From a virus: a stretch of DNA of 64,000 nt. The notes beneath the pieces were generated by a model. The model did not search any database. It was not told the DNA's origin and saw nothing but the letters and a program-made list of their open reading frames with translations. Below are positions 20,166 through 29,476 of the stretch, piece by piece; position 1 is the first letter of the stretch; every line of letters begins with the position of its first letter. The position numbers and the translations under genes were made by a program. Where the stretch lies: the IMG/VR virus record IMGVR_UViG_3300008050_008852, positions 64,009-128,008 of that record; one strand, written 5' to 3'.

Positions 20166-20769
20166 AATCGATCTTTTAACAAGCTGGGCACCTTTTGAAT
20201 ATTCTATCGAAATGATAAAAGAGTCAAAAGAGCTAAACGATGGTAAAATAATAATGAAAGGTATTTTACAAAAATCTGACACATTAAACCAGAATGGTAG
20301 AATTTATCCAAAAGCTATTTTAGAGCGTGAGGTTAGAAACTATCAAAAGTTTATTAAAGAGCGCCGCAGTCTTGGTGAATGTGATCATCCAGACAGTTCA
20401 GTTGTTGAACTTAAGAATGCATCTCATATAATAACCGAAGCCCATATGGACGGTGATATTTGCTATGGGACAGTTGAATTGTTATCAACACCATCTGGTA
20501 AAATCTTACAATCACTTGTTGAATCTGGTATAACACTTGGCATTAGTTCTAGAGGCGTTGGCTCTACTGTTTCACAGGGAGCAAATCAAGTTGTTCAGGA
20601 TGATTTTCAACTAATTTGTTGGGATTTTGTTAGTGAACCATCAACTCCTGGGGCATTTATGATGCGTGAAGGTGTGCAAATTGATACAAAAGATTTAAAT
20701 AAGGTGTTTAACGCATCCGATCGTGCATATAGAATATGTAATGATATTATTAACTGGGATAAACAATGA
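20158..20769 (+). CDS. gp21: Prohead protease (T4 gp21-like)
   Basis: NQNGRIYP, LGECDHP, GISSRGVGS, DFVSEPSTPGA. Confidence 0.93.
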   Translation: MSKIDLLTSWAPFEYSIEMIKESKELNDGKIIMKGILQKSDTLNQNGRIYPKAILEREVRNYQKFIKERRSLGECDHPDSSVVELKNASHIITEAHMDGDICYGTVELLSTPSGKILQSLVESGITLGISSRGVGSTVSQGANQVVQDDFQLICWDFVSEPSTPGAFMMREGVQIDTKDLNKVFNASDRAYRICNDIINWDKQ

Positions 20770-21167
20770 GTTTCGAAAATACAAAACCAAGTGAAAAGTT
20801 TGTACCATCGTACCAACTATCTGGAAAACCTTATGCTGAAACAATAACTGCTTCAGACAGCGCCAACGGCACAGAGATAACATTTCCAGCAGTAACACGC
20901 TGGGTTCAAGTTGCAAATCTTGGTTCTACAGGTCAAGATGTTAAAATTGGCTTTTCTGCCCATGGTGTTGATGGAACAGAAGACGATTATTTTTATCAAC
21001 TAGAGCCAGCAGCCGACGGCGGTGGCACGACTGGAAGATTGGAGCTTAGATGCAAAAGCCTGTTTATTCTATCAACTTCTGGAACACCCACCGTTTCAGT
21101 ACTTGCTGGATTGACAGATATTGCTGACATGAGATCAGCATTAACAGGATCAGCCGGAGTAGGATAA
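20766..21167 (+). CDS. Hypothetical beta-rich virion protein
   Basis: Overlaps the protease stop; FPAVTRWVQVAN-type beta pattern. Confidence 0.55.
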   Translation: MSFENTKPSEKFVPSYQLSGKPYAETITASDSANGTEITFPAVTRWVQVANLGSTGQDVKIGFSAHGVDGTEDDYFYQLEPAADGGGTTGRLELRCKSLFILSTSGTPTVSVLAGLTDIADMRSALTGSAGVG

Positions 21168-21616
21168 TGGCAAAAGTATCAAGGAACATGCTAAAAAGTT
21201 TGGTTAAAGAGTGTTTAGTTGAGATATTAAGTGAAGGCTTATCAACTCTTCCAAATGATTTAGTTGAGTCAAGACAGCCAAGCAGATCTAGAAAAACAAA
21301 GAAAGCTGTTTCTAGACGGGTTGCTCCTGATTTAGTTTCATATGGAAAAAATTCAGCATCTGATAATAAGGTACTGGAAAATAGAATTAGGTCTGCAGCC
21401 GGAAGCAACACCGTAATGCAGGATATTTTAAGAGATACTGCACAAAATACATTACCAAATATGATTTCTGCTGAATCACGTCATACTTCTGGTTTAGCAG
21501 AGCGTGTCACTAGAGGTGATGCCGCCACAAAGGTTATGGCTGATGCCGATCCTATGGATATTTTTGAAGGTGCATCAAATTGGGCTACAATGGCATTTGC
21601 AGACAAAACAAAGTAG
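21167..21616 (+). CDS. Hypothetical prohead/internal protein
   Basis: N-terminal LKSLVKECLVEILSEG leader with gp21-type (L/I/V)xE sites. Confidence 0.55.
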   Translation: MAKVSRNMLKSLVKECLVEILSEGLSTLPNDLVESRQPSRSRKTKKAVSRRVAPDLVSYGKNSASDNKVLENRIRSAAGSNTVMQDILRDTAQNTLPNMISAESRHTSGLAERVTRGDAATKVMADADPMDIFEGASNWATMAFADKTK

Positions 21617-21680
21617 ATATATTTAGATAAAAATTAAAATTTTTGATATTTAATTTTGAACATAACTAACGGAGAATATT

Positions 21681-21944
21681 ATGTCACGTAAAATTAGAAA
21701 ATTAACCCCATCCGTTTTACGGAAAATTGTTTTGCAAGAAACACTTTCTGGGCAAGTTGAACCAGTTGAAAAAGTAAAAGCTGTCGAGCTCGATGCCGAT
21801 GAGTATGGTACATCTGCTTCACTTGAAAAAGATATTGATCATGCTAAAGTCTTAAAGCTTGAAGAGCGTCGACTTAAGAGAAGAATTAGAAAAATTCAGG
21901 AAATGCGTCGAAGAATGCACATTAAAATCTTGAAGGGACTATAA
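21681..21944 (+). CDS. Small hypothetical prohead protein
   Basis: GGAG SD; ATATTTA at 21646; LRKIVLQE leader; basic coiled-coil C-terminus. Confidence 0.6.
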   Translation: MSRKIRKLTPSVLRKIVLQETLSGQVEPVEKVKAVELDADEYGTSASLEKDIDHAKVLKLEERRLKRRIRKIQEMRRRMHIKILKGL

Positions 21945-21945
21945 A

Positions 21946-22428
21946 ATGGGTGCCAAACAAGACACTACATTAACAGGCGAAAGCGCCAGTGCTCTTGGTA
22001 AGCGTGACACTGAACGTCTTAAGGCTGCATATGCTTCTTCTCCACTTTATACTAGTGTTCCAGATGAATTACTTGAAGATGGTACTTTAAGCTCAAAAAT
22101 GCGCGAATGGTATCAAACAAATGTTCTTGATGGTACACAAAACGGCAATACACTTACAGGCGCCGTAGATATGGACTATGGTACTGCTACAGATGTAGAT
22201 GACGTTGCAACTGGTGGCGAAGGTAAACCAGCTGGTCCTCGTGTTCCAACTACTGCTTCTCCAGGTGAAGGAAATGGATCTAATCCAGCTTCACAACCAG
22301 AAGTAGATCCGGTTACAGGTCATAACGGCGATCTTGGCTCAATTGAAGATCCAGCAGGTTCATCTCCAACCCAAGGCGGCTTTAATCTAACAAACTTACC
22401 AACAGTTGGTACTTCTAACGGGAGTTAA
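21946..22428 (+). CDS. G/T/D/P-rich head-region protein, paralogue 1
   Basis: Shares AY.sSP, WYQ.NVLDG and VDM.YGT with the next ORF. Confidence 0.65.
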   Translation: MGAKQDTTLTGESASALGKRDTERLKAAYASSPLYTSVPDELLEDGTLSSKMREWYQTNVLDGTQNGNTLTGAVDMDYGTATDVDDVATGGEGKPAGPRVPTTASPGEGNGSNPASQPEVDPVTGHNGDLGSIEDPAGSSPTQGGFNLTNLPTVGTSNGS

Positions 22429-22430
22429 AA

Positions 22431-22955
22431 ATGCCGACATCTTCACAAGGTACAATAGCCGCCCTCCCCGGTGGGGAATATGGTACTGGAACCAGATCCA
22501 AAGGTTCGTCAGACTCAGCTTCCCTCGCCAAGGCCTATCCAAATTCACCAATCAATCTCAGGGGTGAGGATATGACAGCTTGTTCTATACAAAGGGGCGA
22601 CGGCGATGGAACTTTAAAGGGTTGGTATCAAGCAAATGTTCTTGATGGTGTAGAAGAAAACAACACCGGTACTGGTACCGTAGATATGAATTATGGTACG
22701 TCCGACGACACAGCTGCTGATCTTCAACCACCAGACTTAGAAGCAGACCTTACTGATACTGAAGGTACCGCCGTTAATTCTTACGTTCCAGACGTATCCG
22801 CAGAAGCTGCAACCGGTGTTTATCCAGGTTCTGATCGTGTCGCACCAATTCCAACATCTCCATCAGCCACTTCAATAACTATGTCTAAACAAGATATTTC
22901 TAACCTTCCAATTAAAGGTAAATCTGAAGTACCAGTTGAAACCTCGTCGTCGTAG
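22431..22955 (+). CDS. G/T/D/P-rich head-region protein, paralogue 2
   Basis: WYQANVLDG, VDMNYGT; GGAG SD. Confidence 0.65.
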   Translation: MPTSSQGTIAALPGGEYGTGTRSKGSSDSASLAKAYPNSPINLRGEDMTACSIQRGDGDGTLKGWYQANVLDGVEENNTGTGTVDMNYGTSDDTAADLQPPDLEADLTDTEGTAVNSYVPDVSAEAATGVYPGSDRVAPIPTSPSATSITMSKQDISNLPIKGKSEVPVETSSS

Positions 22956-22965
22956 GAATTAATAG

Positions 22966-23490
22966 ATGGCGTCAAACAAGCAACAAACAACTGAGGTTAT
23001 TAAGGTTACATCCTTTTCCACAGGTCAGGCTAATCCAACCCACCCGGGTTTTCAACAAACATCTGTTGAACTTCCAAAAAGTGATGAAATTTGGGGCGAC
23101 TATTTTAATGGTGTCCTTCGCGGCAGCACAGATGGGTATGATGGTTCCGATGTCACTAGTAGAACATTTTCTGAAACTAATTCTGCAGGTGAAGGTCCAC
23201 CAAGAATTACAATAACCCAACCCGCTGAATGGCCTGAAAAAGGCGGCGCCGGTGAAGGAGGGAATCCCGCCGGCGGTTTTGTGCCCGCCATTGGATCTGC
23301 CAAAGATGGAGAGGTCTCAAGCATTAAAGCTGTTAGTGATTTTATTGAAAGTATGAAGGATTGTGGACATGGCCTTCAAGGCCATGGTAGTCTTCAAAAT
23401 CCAAGAGATTCCTCTGATAAACAGCCAACAAGCTCTATTGTTGCTGATGGCATATCTCCAAGTTATGAACTTGGTAAGTACTCAAGTTAA
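22966..23490 (+). CDS. G/S/P-rich head-region protein, diverged paralogue 3
   Basis: YFNGVLRG and GEGGNPAGGFVP align loosely with WYQTNVLDG and GGEGKPAGPRVP. Confidence 0.55.
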   Translation: MASNKQQTTEVIKVTSFSTGQANPTHPGFQQTSVELPKSDEIWGDYFNGVLRGSTDGYDGSDVTSRTFSETNSAGEGPPRITITQPAEWPEKGGAGEGGNPAGGFVPAIGSAKDGEVSSIKAVSDFIESMKDCGHGLQGHGSLQNPRDSSDKQPTSSIVADGISPSYELGKYSS

Positions 23491-23508
23491 GCGACTGTTT
23501 ATAAACTT

Positions 23509-24069
23509 ATGTCAAATATTACTAAATTTTATAATTTATCATTATTAGAATATTTTCAACATAGTCGTTCATTTTTACAATATCCAGAACCTCCAATCCA
23601 TGATCTAGAGGCTGAAGAAGCTATAGATGATGAAACCTATGGTGCAATACTGAAAAGGCTCCTTACATATTCTAGAAATGATTCGTTATCAAAATTATCA
23701 ACGGATCCTTTTTACTTTGCTGGTGCTGCCACTAAATTATCTGAAACAACCGCTAAAGGTATGGTTCCATTTCCAAGAATGTATAATAAGCGAACTGCAA
23801 TTGCAGGAGGGACATCTTCCAAGTATCCTTTGGGACCCACTATTGGGTTCTCATCTCGCACAAAACCAACTGGTACAAAGCATGGTTATTCAAAAGCACC
23901 CTATCCAGATGTAGATTTAGAAAATAATAATGATTATTATAGTGTTAGCGACATAATTAATCAAGATTTAGATGATAATCATGTCGATTTAATAAGGAAA
24001 ATGGTAAATTTAATCCATTTAGAACAAGAACAACAGAAAGTTAGCGAGCAAGGTAATAATTACAAATGA
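23509..24069 (+). CDS. Hypothetical protein
   Basis: 186-aa ORF filling the gap before the scaffold gene. Confidence 0.5.
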   Translation: MSNITKFYNLSLLEYFQHSRSFLQYPEPPIHDLEAEEAIDDETYGAILKRLLTYSRNDSLSKLSTDPFYFAGAATKLSETTAKGMVPFPRMYNKRTAIAGGTSSKYPLGPTIGFSSRTKPTGTKHGYSKAPYPDVDLENNNDYYSVSDIINQDLDDNHVDLIRKMVNLIHLEQEQQKVSEQGNNYK

Positions 24070-24087
24070 TTCATTATAGGAAGACAT

Positions 24088-25773
24088 ATGAGCTCTAATT
24101 TATATAAGGAAGCCCTCTTTGAAGTCGATGAACTAAAAAGAATGGCAGAAGAAAATGCTAAAAATAAAATTATTGAAGCAGTAACACCTAAGATTCGTCA
24201 TATGATTGAAGCTCAATTGCTTGGCGAAAAGAAAATTGATGATTTAGATAATTTTGACGATGATTCTTTAGAAGATGATGAATCTTCTGGCGAATTGGCA
24301 ATTGGTTCAGATGATCTTGAATTAGATATGTCAGCAGATCTTATTGATTCAATTCCAGAACCAGTAACAAGTCAAGTAGTTGATATACCATCCGCACCAG
24401 CTGTCGATGCAGCGCCTGAAGCAGCACCAAGAATAAAAATTGATGTACAAGGTGATCTTAATATTGATATGGAAGCCGAGGAAGCTGAAACTGAAGACGA
24501 TTTAATTTTAGGTCGCCAAATTGGTGATGTTGTTGAAGGTTATATATTAGGAAAGAGGCAGCCAGCCATTAGAATTAAAGAATTGGCTAGAAAGACTGCT
24601 GTACTTTCAAGGATGTTTGAAACAACTAGTATTAAAAATGCTAGTCCAACACAAAAGAAAATTGCGTTGCTATATTATGCAAAGCTTTTAGACGAAGCCG
24701 TTAGTTTGGTAACTAGCGGTATAATTATTGAGGAGTCTGTTGGTTCAGGCCTCTTGGGCCAGCTTAAAACAACTATAAAGGAGATAAGGCACATGGCAAA
24801 TAGAAAAGATGCTGTAGCATTTCGGAGGCTTCTCGAGGAACTTGAGGCAGATGATAGTTTACAGGAAATGATGAGAGAAGAAGATGAGGATGTCGTAGTT
24901 GACGAACCTGATGAAGATGTCGAGCTCGATGATACAGCTGAAGAGGACGTTGATGTCCCAGCAGCTCAAGATGCTCTTGGTGATCTTGCCGTTGCACTTG
25001 GAATGGATCTTGATGACGATGTTCCTGCAGAGGACGAAGAGGTTGTTGATGTAGAAGCATCTGAGGAACCTTTAGAACTCGGCGAGGCTGATGAGGTTCT
25101 TGAAATTGATGAGTCAATGCTTCGTAGAGAAATTCTTCGTATGAAGGAAGGCCTTGAGGCTGAAGAGGGTGACCCTACTGTTGATGAGTCAGAAGTTGGT
25201 GACCCACTCGACGCCCAGGAAGATTTCGGTGGTTCTGATGAAGTTATCGAAGTTTCTGAGGAAGATCTTGTTGAAGCCCTTCGCTTAGAGATTGGACGCG
25301 CTCGCCGTGGCCGTCGTTCTGCCCCCCGTCGTCGTAGAGTTACAGAAACTCGCCGTAGACGAGCCCGTAGATCAGCTCGTAAGTCAGCACCTCGTCGTAC
25401 ACATGCAACTGCAGGTACTACACATAAATTAAATGAAGCAAACAAAAGGCTTCGTAATCAATTAAATGAAATGAATGTTTTTAATGCAAAATTGCTTTTT
25501 GCAAATAAGCTCATGCAAAATCGTGAACTAACCAGAAAGCAACAACGCACCATAGTCGAGGCTTTAGATAGTGCCAAGACAGTAAATGAGGCAAAGCTCC
25601 TTTATAAGAGTCTTTCTACTTCATTAACACAGGGCGGTACTCTTACAGAAAGTAAGAACCGTCTGCTCGCATCATCCTCAAGATCAACTCGGTCGGCATC
25701 CCCGGCATCAAATGGAGTTGATGGTGATAGGTGGGCTCTTCTTGCTGGATTATCTGGCAAGAATAACCAATAA
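24088..25773 (+). CDS. Prohead core/scaffold protein (gp22-like role)
   Basis: Directly upstream of the MCP; highly acidic; many LxE sites; C-terminal LNEMNVFNAKLLFANKL..DRWALLAGL. Confidence 0.75.
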   Translation: MSSNLYKEALFEVDELKRMAEENAKNKIIEAVTPKIRHMIEAQLLGEKKIDDLDNFDDDSLEDDESSGELAIGSDDLELDMSADLIDSIPEPVTSQVVDIPSAPAVDAAPEAAPRIKIDVQGDLNIDMEAEEAETEDDLILGRQIGDVVEGYILGKRQPAIRIKELARKTAVLSRMFETTSIKNASPTQKKIALLYYAKLLDEAVSLVTSGIIIEESVGSGLLGQLKTTIKEIRHMANRKDAVAFRRLLEELEADDSLQEMMREEDEDVVVDEPDEDVELDDTAEEDVDVPAAQDALGDLAVALGMDLDDDVPAEDEEVVDVEASEEPLELGEADEVLEIDESMLRREILRMKEGLEAEEGDPTVDESEVGDPLDAQEDFGGSDEVIEVSEEDLVEALRLEIGRARRGRRSAPRRRRVTETRRRRARRSARKSAPRRTHATAGTTHKLNEANKRLRNQLNEMNVFNAKLLFANKLMQNRELTRKQQRTIVEALDSAKTVNEAKLLYKSLSTSLTQGGTLTESKNRLLASSSRSTRSASPASNGVDGDRWALLAGLSGKNNQ

Positions 25774-25805
25774 CCCCCAAACTTCAAACTAAGGAGAAAA
25801 TCAAA

Positions 25806-27746
25806 ATGTCGAAGTTTTCATTAGATCAGTTGACGGAGGGTATTCGCCAGAGACATCTGGGCACCCAAAACCGTCAATTAGTAGAGAAGTGGTCAAGAAC
25901 AGGACTACTTCGCGGCCTTAAAGGTCAAAACCGGGAAATTATGTCAACACTGCTTGAGAATCAGGCAGCACAAGTTCTTCGTGAGCAGTCTTCACTCGGT
26001 ACAGGAGCTGGTTCAACCGCCTCCTCCGGTGATGCTACTGGTTTCCAGAACGTTGCATTCCCAATCGTCCGTCGAGTATTCGGAGGCCTTGTTGCCAATG
26101 ATCTCGTTTCAATCCAGCCGATGAGCTTACCTTCTGGTCTGCTTTTCTATCTAGATTACACATATGGCACACCAGTTGGTGGTGTTGCAGGAAACACAGC
26201 ACAGTATAACTCAGGTTCATCAATCTATGGTTCCCCTGCCGGTTCTAACGTCCGTAAGGGTGCAGACGGTATTGGTGGACAATATGATCTAGCTGGTTCT
26301 GGTTACTCACGTGTATATAAAACCGCCGCTCTTACTGTTAGTGCAGGTGCCCAGGATATTATAGCCTCAGGCTCATGGTCAGGTGGTTCATCCATAACCG
26401 CCATGGACAATGCGGTCGCGATGCATGCTACTGGTACAGATGGTAAATTGCTTATGTTCGATCCTGAGATTACATCTGCTATTGAGGGTCTCGCTGGTGA
26501 TGATCCTGGTAAAGGTGAGACAAAGGCTTCATATTATGCATTGTTTATTGATGCAAGATGCCTATCTGGATCATCTACCTCCGGTGTTCAGGCTGTAGAT
26601 CCAACCATGATCAAGAACATTGCACTGCAAGATACTGATGATTATGATATCGCGGTTGGCCATCGTGTCATCCCGTCCACTATTCAATCCGATGTTGGTG
26701 TACTAAATGTACGTCGTCTTAATGAGCTTGGAACATGGTCTAGTGGTGTCTTCACCGCTGATCCGCTTGCCGACGTTACCACTGCTGGTACTGTTGTTAA
26801 GATGATTGTTTCTGGTACAAACGGCGGCGCCGCCAATGGTGTTGAGGGTGGAACTGCTGTTGCATACTCAACCTTATCTGTCTCATTCCCTATTGCTGAC
26901 CGTCGTATTGCTGGTGATTCTGGTGATTCACTTGTTGTTCCATCGTTTGAGTCAGACTTCGGTTCTACTCCATCCCCGGAGATTCCAGAAATCGATATCA
27001 AAGTACAGTCAGTTGCAGTTACTGCTCAGTCCCGTAAGCTTCGTGCTCGCTGGTCTCCAGAACTTGCACAGGACCTTAACGCTTATCACAGCCTTGACGC
27101 TGAGGTTGAGCTCACCCAGATTCTTTCTGAGCAAATCGCTCTAGAGATTGATCGTGAGATTCTCAATGACCTTGTAACTCAAGCAGATACTCGTTTTTAC
27201 TGGTCACGCTCACCTGGCGATTTCGTCAACAAGCGTACTGGCGCTGCTGATGCTTCTGGTGCTTCATTCACCGGTACCGTCCGCGAATGGTATGAGACTC
27301 TTATCGAGACCATCATTGATGTTGGTAACGAGATTCACCGCAAGACTCTTCGTGGTTCTGCAAACTTCATCGTGGTTTCACCTGAAGTTGCTACAATCCT
27401 CGAAGCTTCAGTGATGTATCGTCCATCATACAGTCTAGATAGTGACGGACAAGTTCAGTCACCGTTTAGTATTGGTGCAGAATCTGTTGGTACATTGAGT
27501 AATCGTTTCACCGTCTATAAGGACCCATACTTCCCACGTAACCAGATTCTAGTTGGCTATAAGGGTGGTTCATACCTTGAGACTGGTTATGTATATGCTC
27601 CATATGTTCCACTTATTGTTACCCCAACAATCTTTGCCCCTGAGGACTTCACTCCTCGTAAGGGTGTAATGACTCGTTATGGTAAGAAGATGGTTCGTAA
27701 CGACTTCTACGGAACAGTTACTTGCATGAACATGAACATTATCTAG
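25806..27746 (+). CDS. gp23: Major capsid protein (T4 gp23-like)
   Basis: KWSRTGLLRGL, LLENQA, PIVRRVF..QPMSLPSGLLFYL, SRKLRARWSPELAQDLNAYH, YAPYVPL, PRKGVMTRY; AAGGAG SD. Confidence 0.95.
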   Translation: MSKFSLDQLTEGIRQRHLGTQNRQLVEKWSRTGLLRGLKGQNREIMSTLLENQAAQVLREQSSLGTGAGSTASSGDATGFQNVAFPIVRRVFGGLVANDLVSIQPMSLPSGLLFYLDYTYGTPVGGVAGNTAQYNSGSSIYGSPAGSNVRKGADGIGGQYDLAGSGYSRVYKTAALTVSAGAQDIIASGSWSGGSSITAMDNAVAMHATGTDGKLLMFDPEITSAIEGLAGDDPGKGETKASYYALFIDARCLSGSSTSGVQAVDPTMIKNIALQDTDDYDIAVGHRVIPSTIQSDVGVLNVRRLNELGTWSSGVFTADPLADVTTAGTVVKMIVSGTNGGAANGVEGGTAVAYSTLSVSFPIADRRIAGDSGDSLVVPSFESDFGSTPSPEIPEIDIKVQSVAVTAQSRKLRARWSPELAQDLNAYHSLDAEVELTQILSEQIALEIDREILNDLVTQADTRFYWSRSPGDFVNKRTGAADASGASFTGTVREWYETLIETIIDVGNEIHRKTLRGSANFIVVSPEVATILEASVMYRPSYSLDSDGQVQSPFSIGAESVGTLSNRFTVYKDPYFPRNQILVGYKGGSYLETGYVYAPYVPLIVTPTIFAPEDFTPRKGVMTRYGKKMVRNDFYGTVTCMNMNII

Positions 27747-27767
27747 TAGAATAAAGTTCAATATTCT

Positions 27768-27801
27768 AGGAGGCCTCTTTAAACAGAGGCCTCCTTTTTT
27801 T
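27768..27801 (+). terminator. Rho-independent terminator after the MCP
   Basis: AGGAGGCCTCT-ttaaac-AGAGGCCTCCT perfect 11-bp stem followed by a T run. Confidence 0.85.
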
Positions 27802-27936
27802 ATTTCATAACCGTATTAAGCAGTATATATAATGTTGTAAAGTGATATAATAATTTTGTATTGAACTCTTCACACAAGAAAATGGTAAAAACCGCTTTAG
27901 CGATATATTTATAAAGGTCAAACAGGAGAACATATA

Positions 27937-28179
27937 ATGGCATTAACATCAAAAGCATCGACATCAGTATCAGCAGATACTCATTCTCATGCTGATCTTG
28001 AGAAACAATTAGCGAAAATGCAAAACGATCTTGACACACTTACTCAAAGATGTGCTTCACTTGAATCAAAACTTGCTTCAAGGCCAGCAACATCATCACC
28101 TTCTGGTGATTTTGTAACAACTCAAGCTTGGGGTATATGGAGAAAGAAGGTTGCAAAGAAACTTGGTATGCGACTTTAA
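27937..28179 (+). CDS. Small coiled-coil hypothetical protein (80 aa)
   Basis: AGGAG SD, ATATTTA at 27905, heptad pattern LEKQLAKMQNDLDTLTQRCASLESKL. Confidence 0.65.
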   Translation: MALTSKASTSVSADTHSHADLEKQLAKMQNDLDTLTQRCASLESKLASRPATSSPSGDFVTTQAWGIWRKKVAKKLGMRL

Positions 28180-28205
28180 TCGTTAATTTTTCATTAGATG
28201 ATTTT

Positions 28206-28255
28206 AGGTTCTCTTGTGTACGGTTCACACACCAAAGCACAAGAGAACCTTTTTT
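28206..28255 (+). terminator. Terminator-like hairpin with a large structured loop
   Basis: AGGTTCTCTTGTG / CACAAGAGAACCT perfect 13-bp stem, then a T run. Confidence 0.7.
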
Positions 28256-28308
28256 GTATAAAGTAATGAGCGTTTTTTCTGTAATAGTTAATCAATGGAG
28301 CGAGGACC

Positions 28309-29475
28309 ATGTCAACATTTGTAAGCACATTTAGACCAACACCATTTGGTTTTTTTGATGACGATATCACATTTCAGGCTGATGCTGATAAAATTATACC
28401 TTATATTAAGCGTAAACTTGGTGATGACATTTTAAGTGTTGAATTGACAAAGAAACAAATGTGGGCATGTTTTGAAGAGGCAACATTAATATATGGTGCC
28501 GAAGTCAATGAATATCAGACTAAATCACAATTATCTAATTTGATGGGTATCTCTACAGGTTCAAACATAGAAGGGAAATATGCACACGAAACGCTTGATT
28601 TTGTTTTACGACTTGCAGAACCATACGCCCAAGAAGCCGGAATCGGCGGTTCATATAATACAATGTCTGGTTCAATTGATTTAAAGGCTGGTGTCCAAGA
28701 TTATGATATATATGACAAGTTAGAAGACGCGTCAGGTAATTTATTGTTTTCATCAAGCTTGAATTCAGATGCCCCAACCCGTATGAAAATAATGGAGGTA
28801 ATGCATCATTCTCCTCAAGCAGCATATAGATTTTTTGATACAACATCTGCAATCAATTATTTAAATAATGAATTTTCGTTTGAATCATTTACACCAGAAA
28901 CAGTTTTCTATGTTTTACCAGTGTTCGAAGACATTCTTAGAGCAGGTCAGATGGATTTATCCAATCGAGTCCGCCGTTCAAATTATTCATACACCACTCA
29001 GGGCACAAAAATAAGGATATATCCAACACCAACAAGTGACACAACCAACAAGTTGTGGTTAAGGGTAGGCTTTTCAGCCGATCCTTTTTCACCAGCATAT
29101 AAAGATGCAACAATTGATGGTGTTAGTTCATTTGCAAATATACCTTATGGATTTTTAAAATATGAGACATTTAATAGTATGGCCCGGACATGGATATATC
29201 GTCTTTCGCTAGCTCTTGCAAAAGAATTACTTGGTCTTGTTAGATCTAAATTTTCACAGGTACCAATTCCTGGAAATTCATTACAATTAAATGGTACTGA
29301 TTTAATATCACAAGGTAGAGAAGATCAAACAAAATTAAAAGAAGAAATGATGGCTCTTTTAGATTCATTAACATATGAAAAAATGCTTGAAGGCGATGCA
29401 GCGAAGGCAGAAAGCTTACAGAAATTGTTAAAGACAATTCCAATACCTATGGGTAAGGCAATTATAATAGGTTAA
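28309..29475 (+). CDS. gp13: Neck/head-completion protein (gp13-like)
   Basis: IKRKLG..VELT..Q, LALAKELLGLVRSKFS..PIPG..LNG; position after the MCP. Confidence 0.75.
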   Translation: MSTFVSTFRPTPFGFFDDDITFQADADKIIPYIKRKLGDDILSVELTKKQMWACFEEATLIYGAEVNEYQTKSQLSNLMGISTGSNIEGKYAHETLDFVLRLAEPYAQEAGIGGSYNTMSGSIDLKAGVQDYDIYDKLEDASGNLLFSSSLNSDAPTRMKIMEVMHHSPQAAYRFFDTTSAINYLNNEFSFESFTPETVFYVLPVFEDILRAGQMDLSNRVRRSNYSYTTQGTKIRIYPTPTSDTTNKLWLRVGFSADPFSPAYKDATIDGVSSFANIPYGFLKYETFNSMARTWIYRLSLALAKELLGLVRSKFSQVPIPGNSLQLNGTDLISQGREDQTKLKEEMMALLDSLTYEKMLEGDAAKAESLQKLLKTIPIPMGKAIIIG

Positions 29476-29476
29476 T

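Noticed and set aside
24773-25445. Minus-strand ORFs over the scaffold, and similar shadow ORFs over portal, sheaths, tape measure and hub
   Set aside because: They are antisense shadows of biased + strand codons, with low-complexity translations and no SD or motifs.
27800-28039. Minus-strand 79-aa hydrophobic ORF and a possible antisense promoter (TTTACA at 27841-27836)
   Set aside because: The ORF overlaps the better-supported 27937 gene and lacks an SD; no TAnnnT -10 at 15-17 nt spacing.
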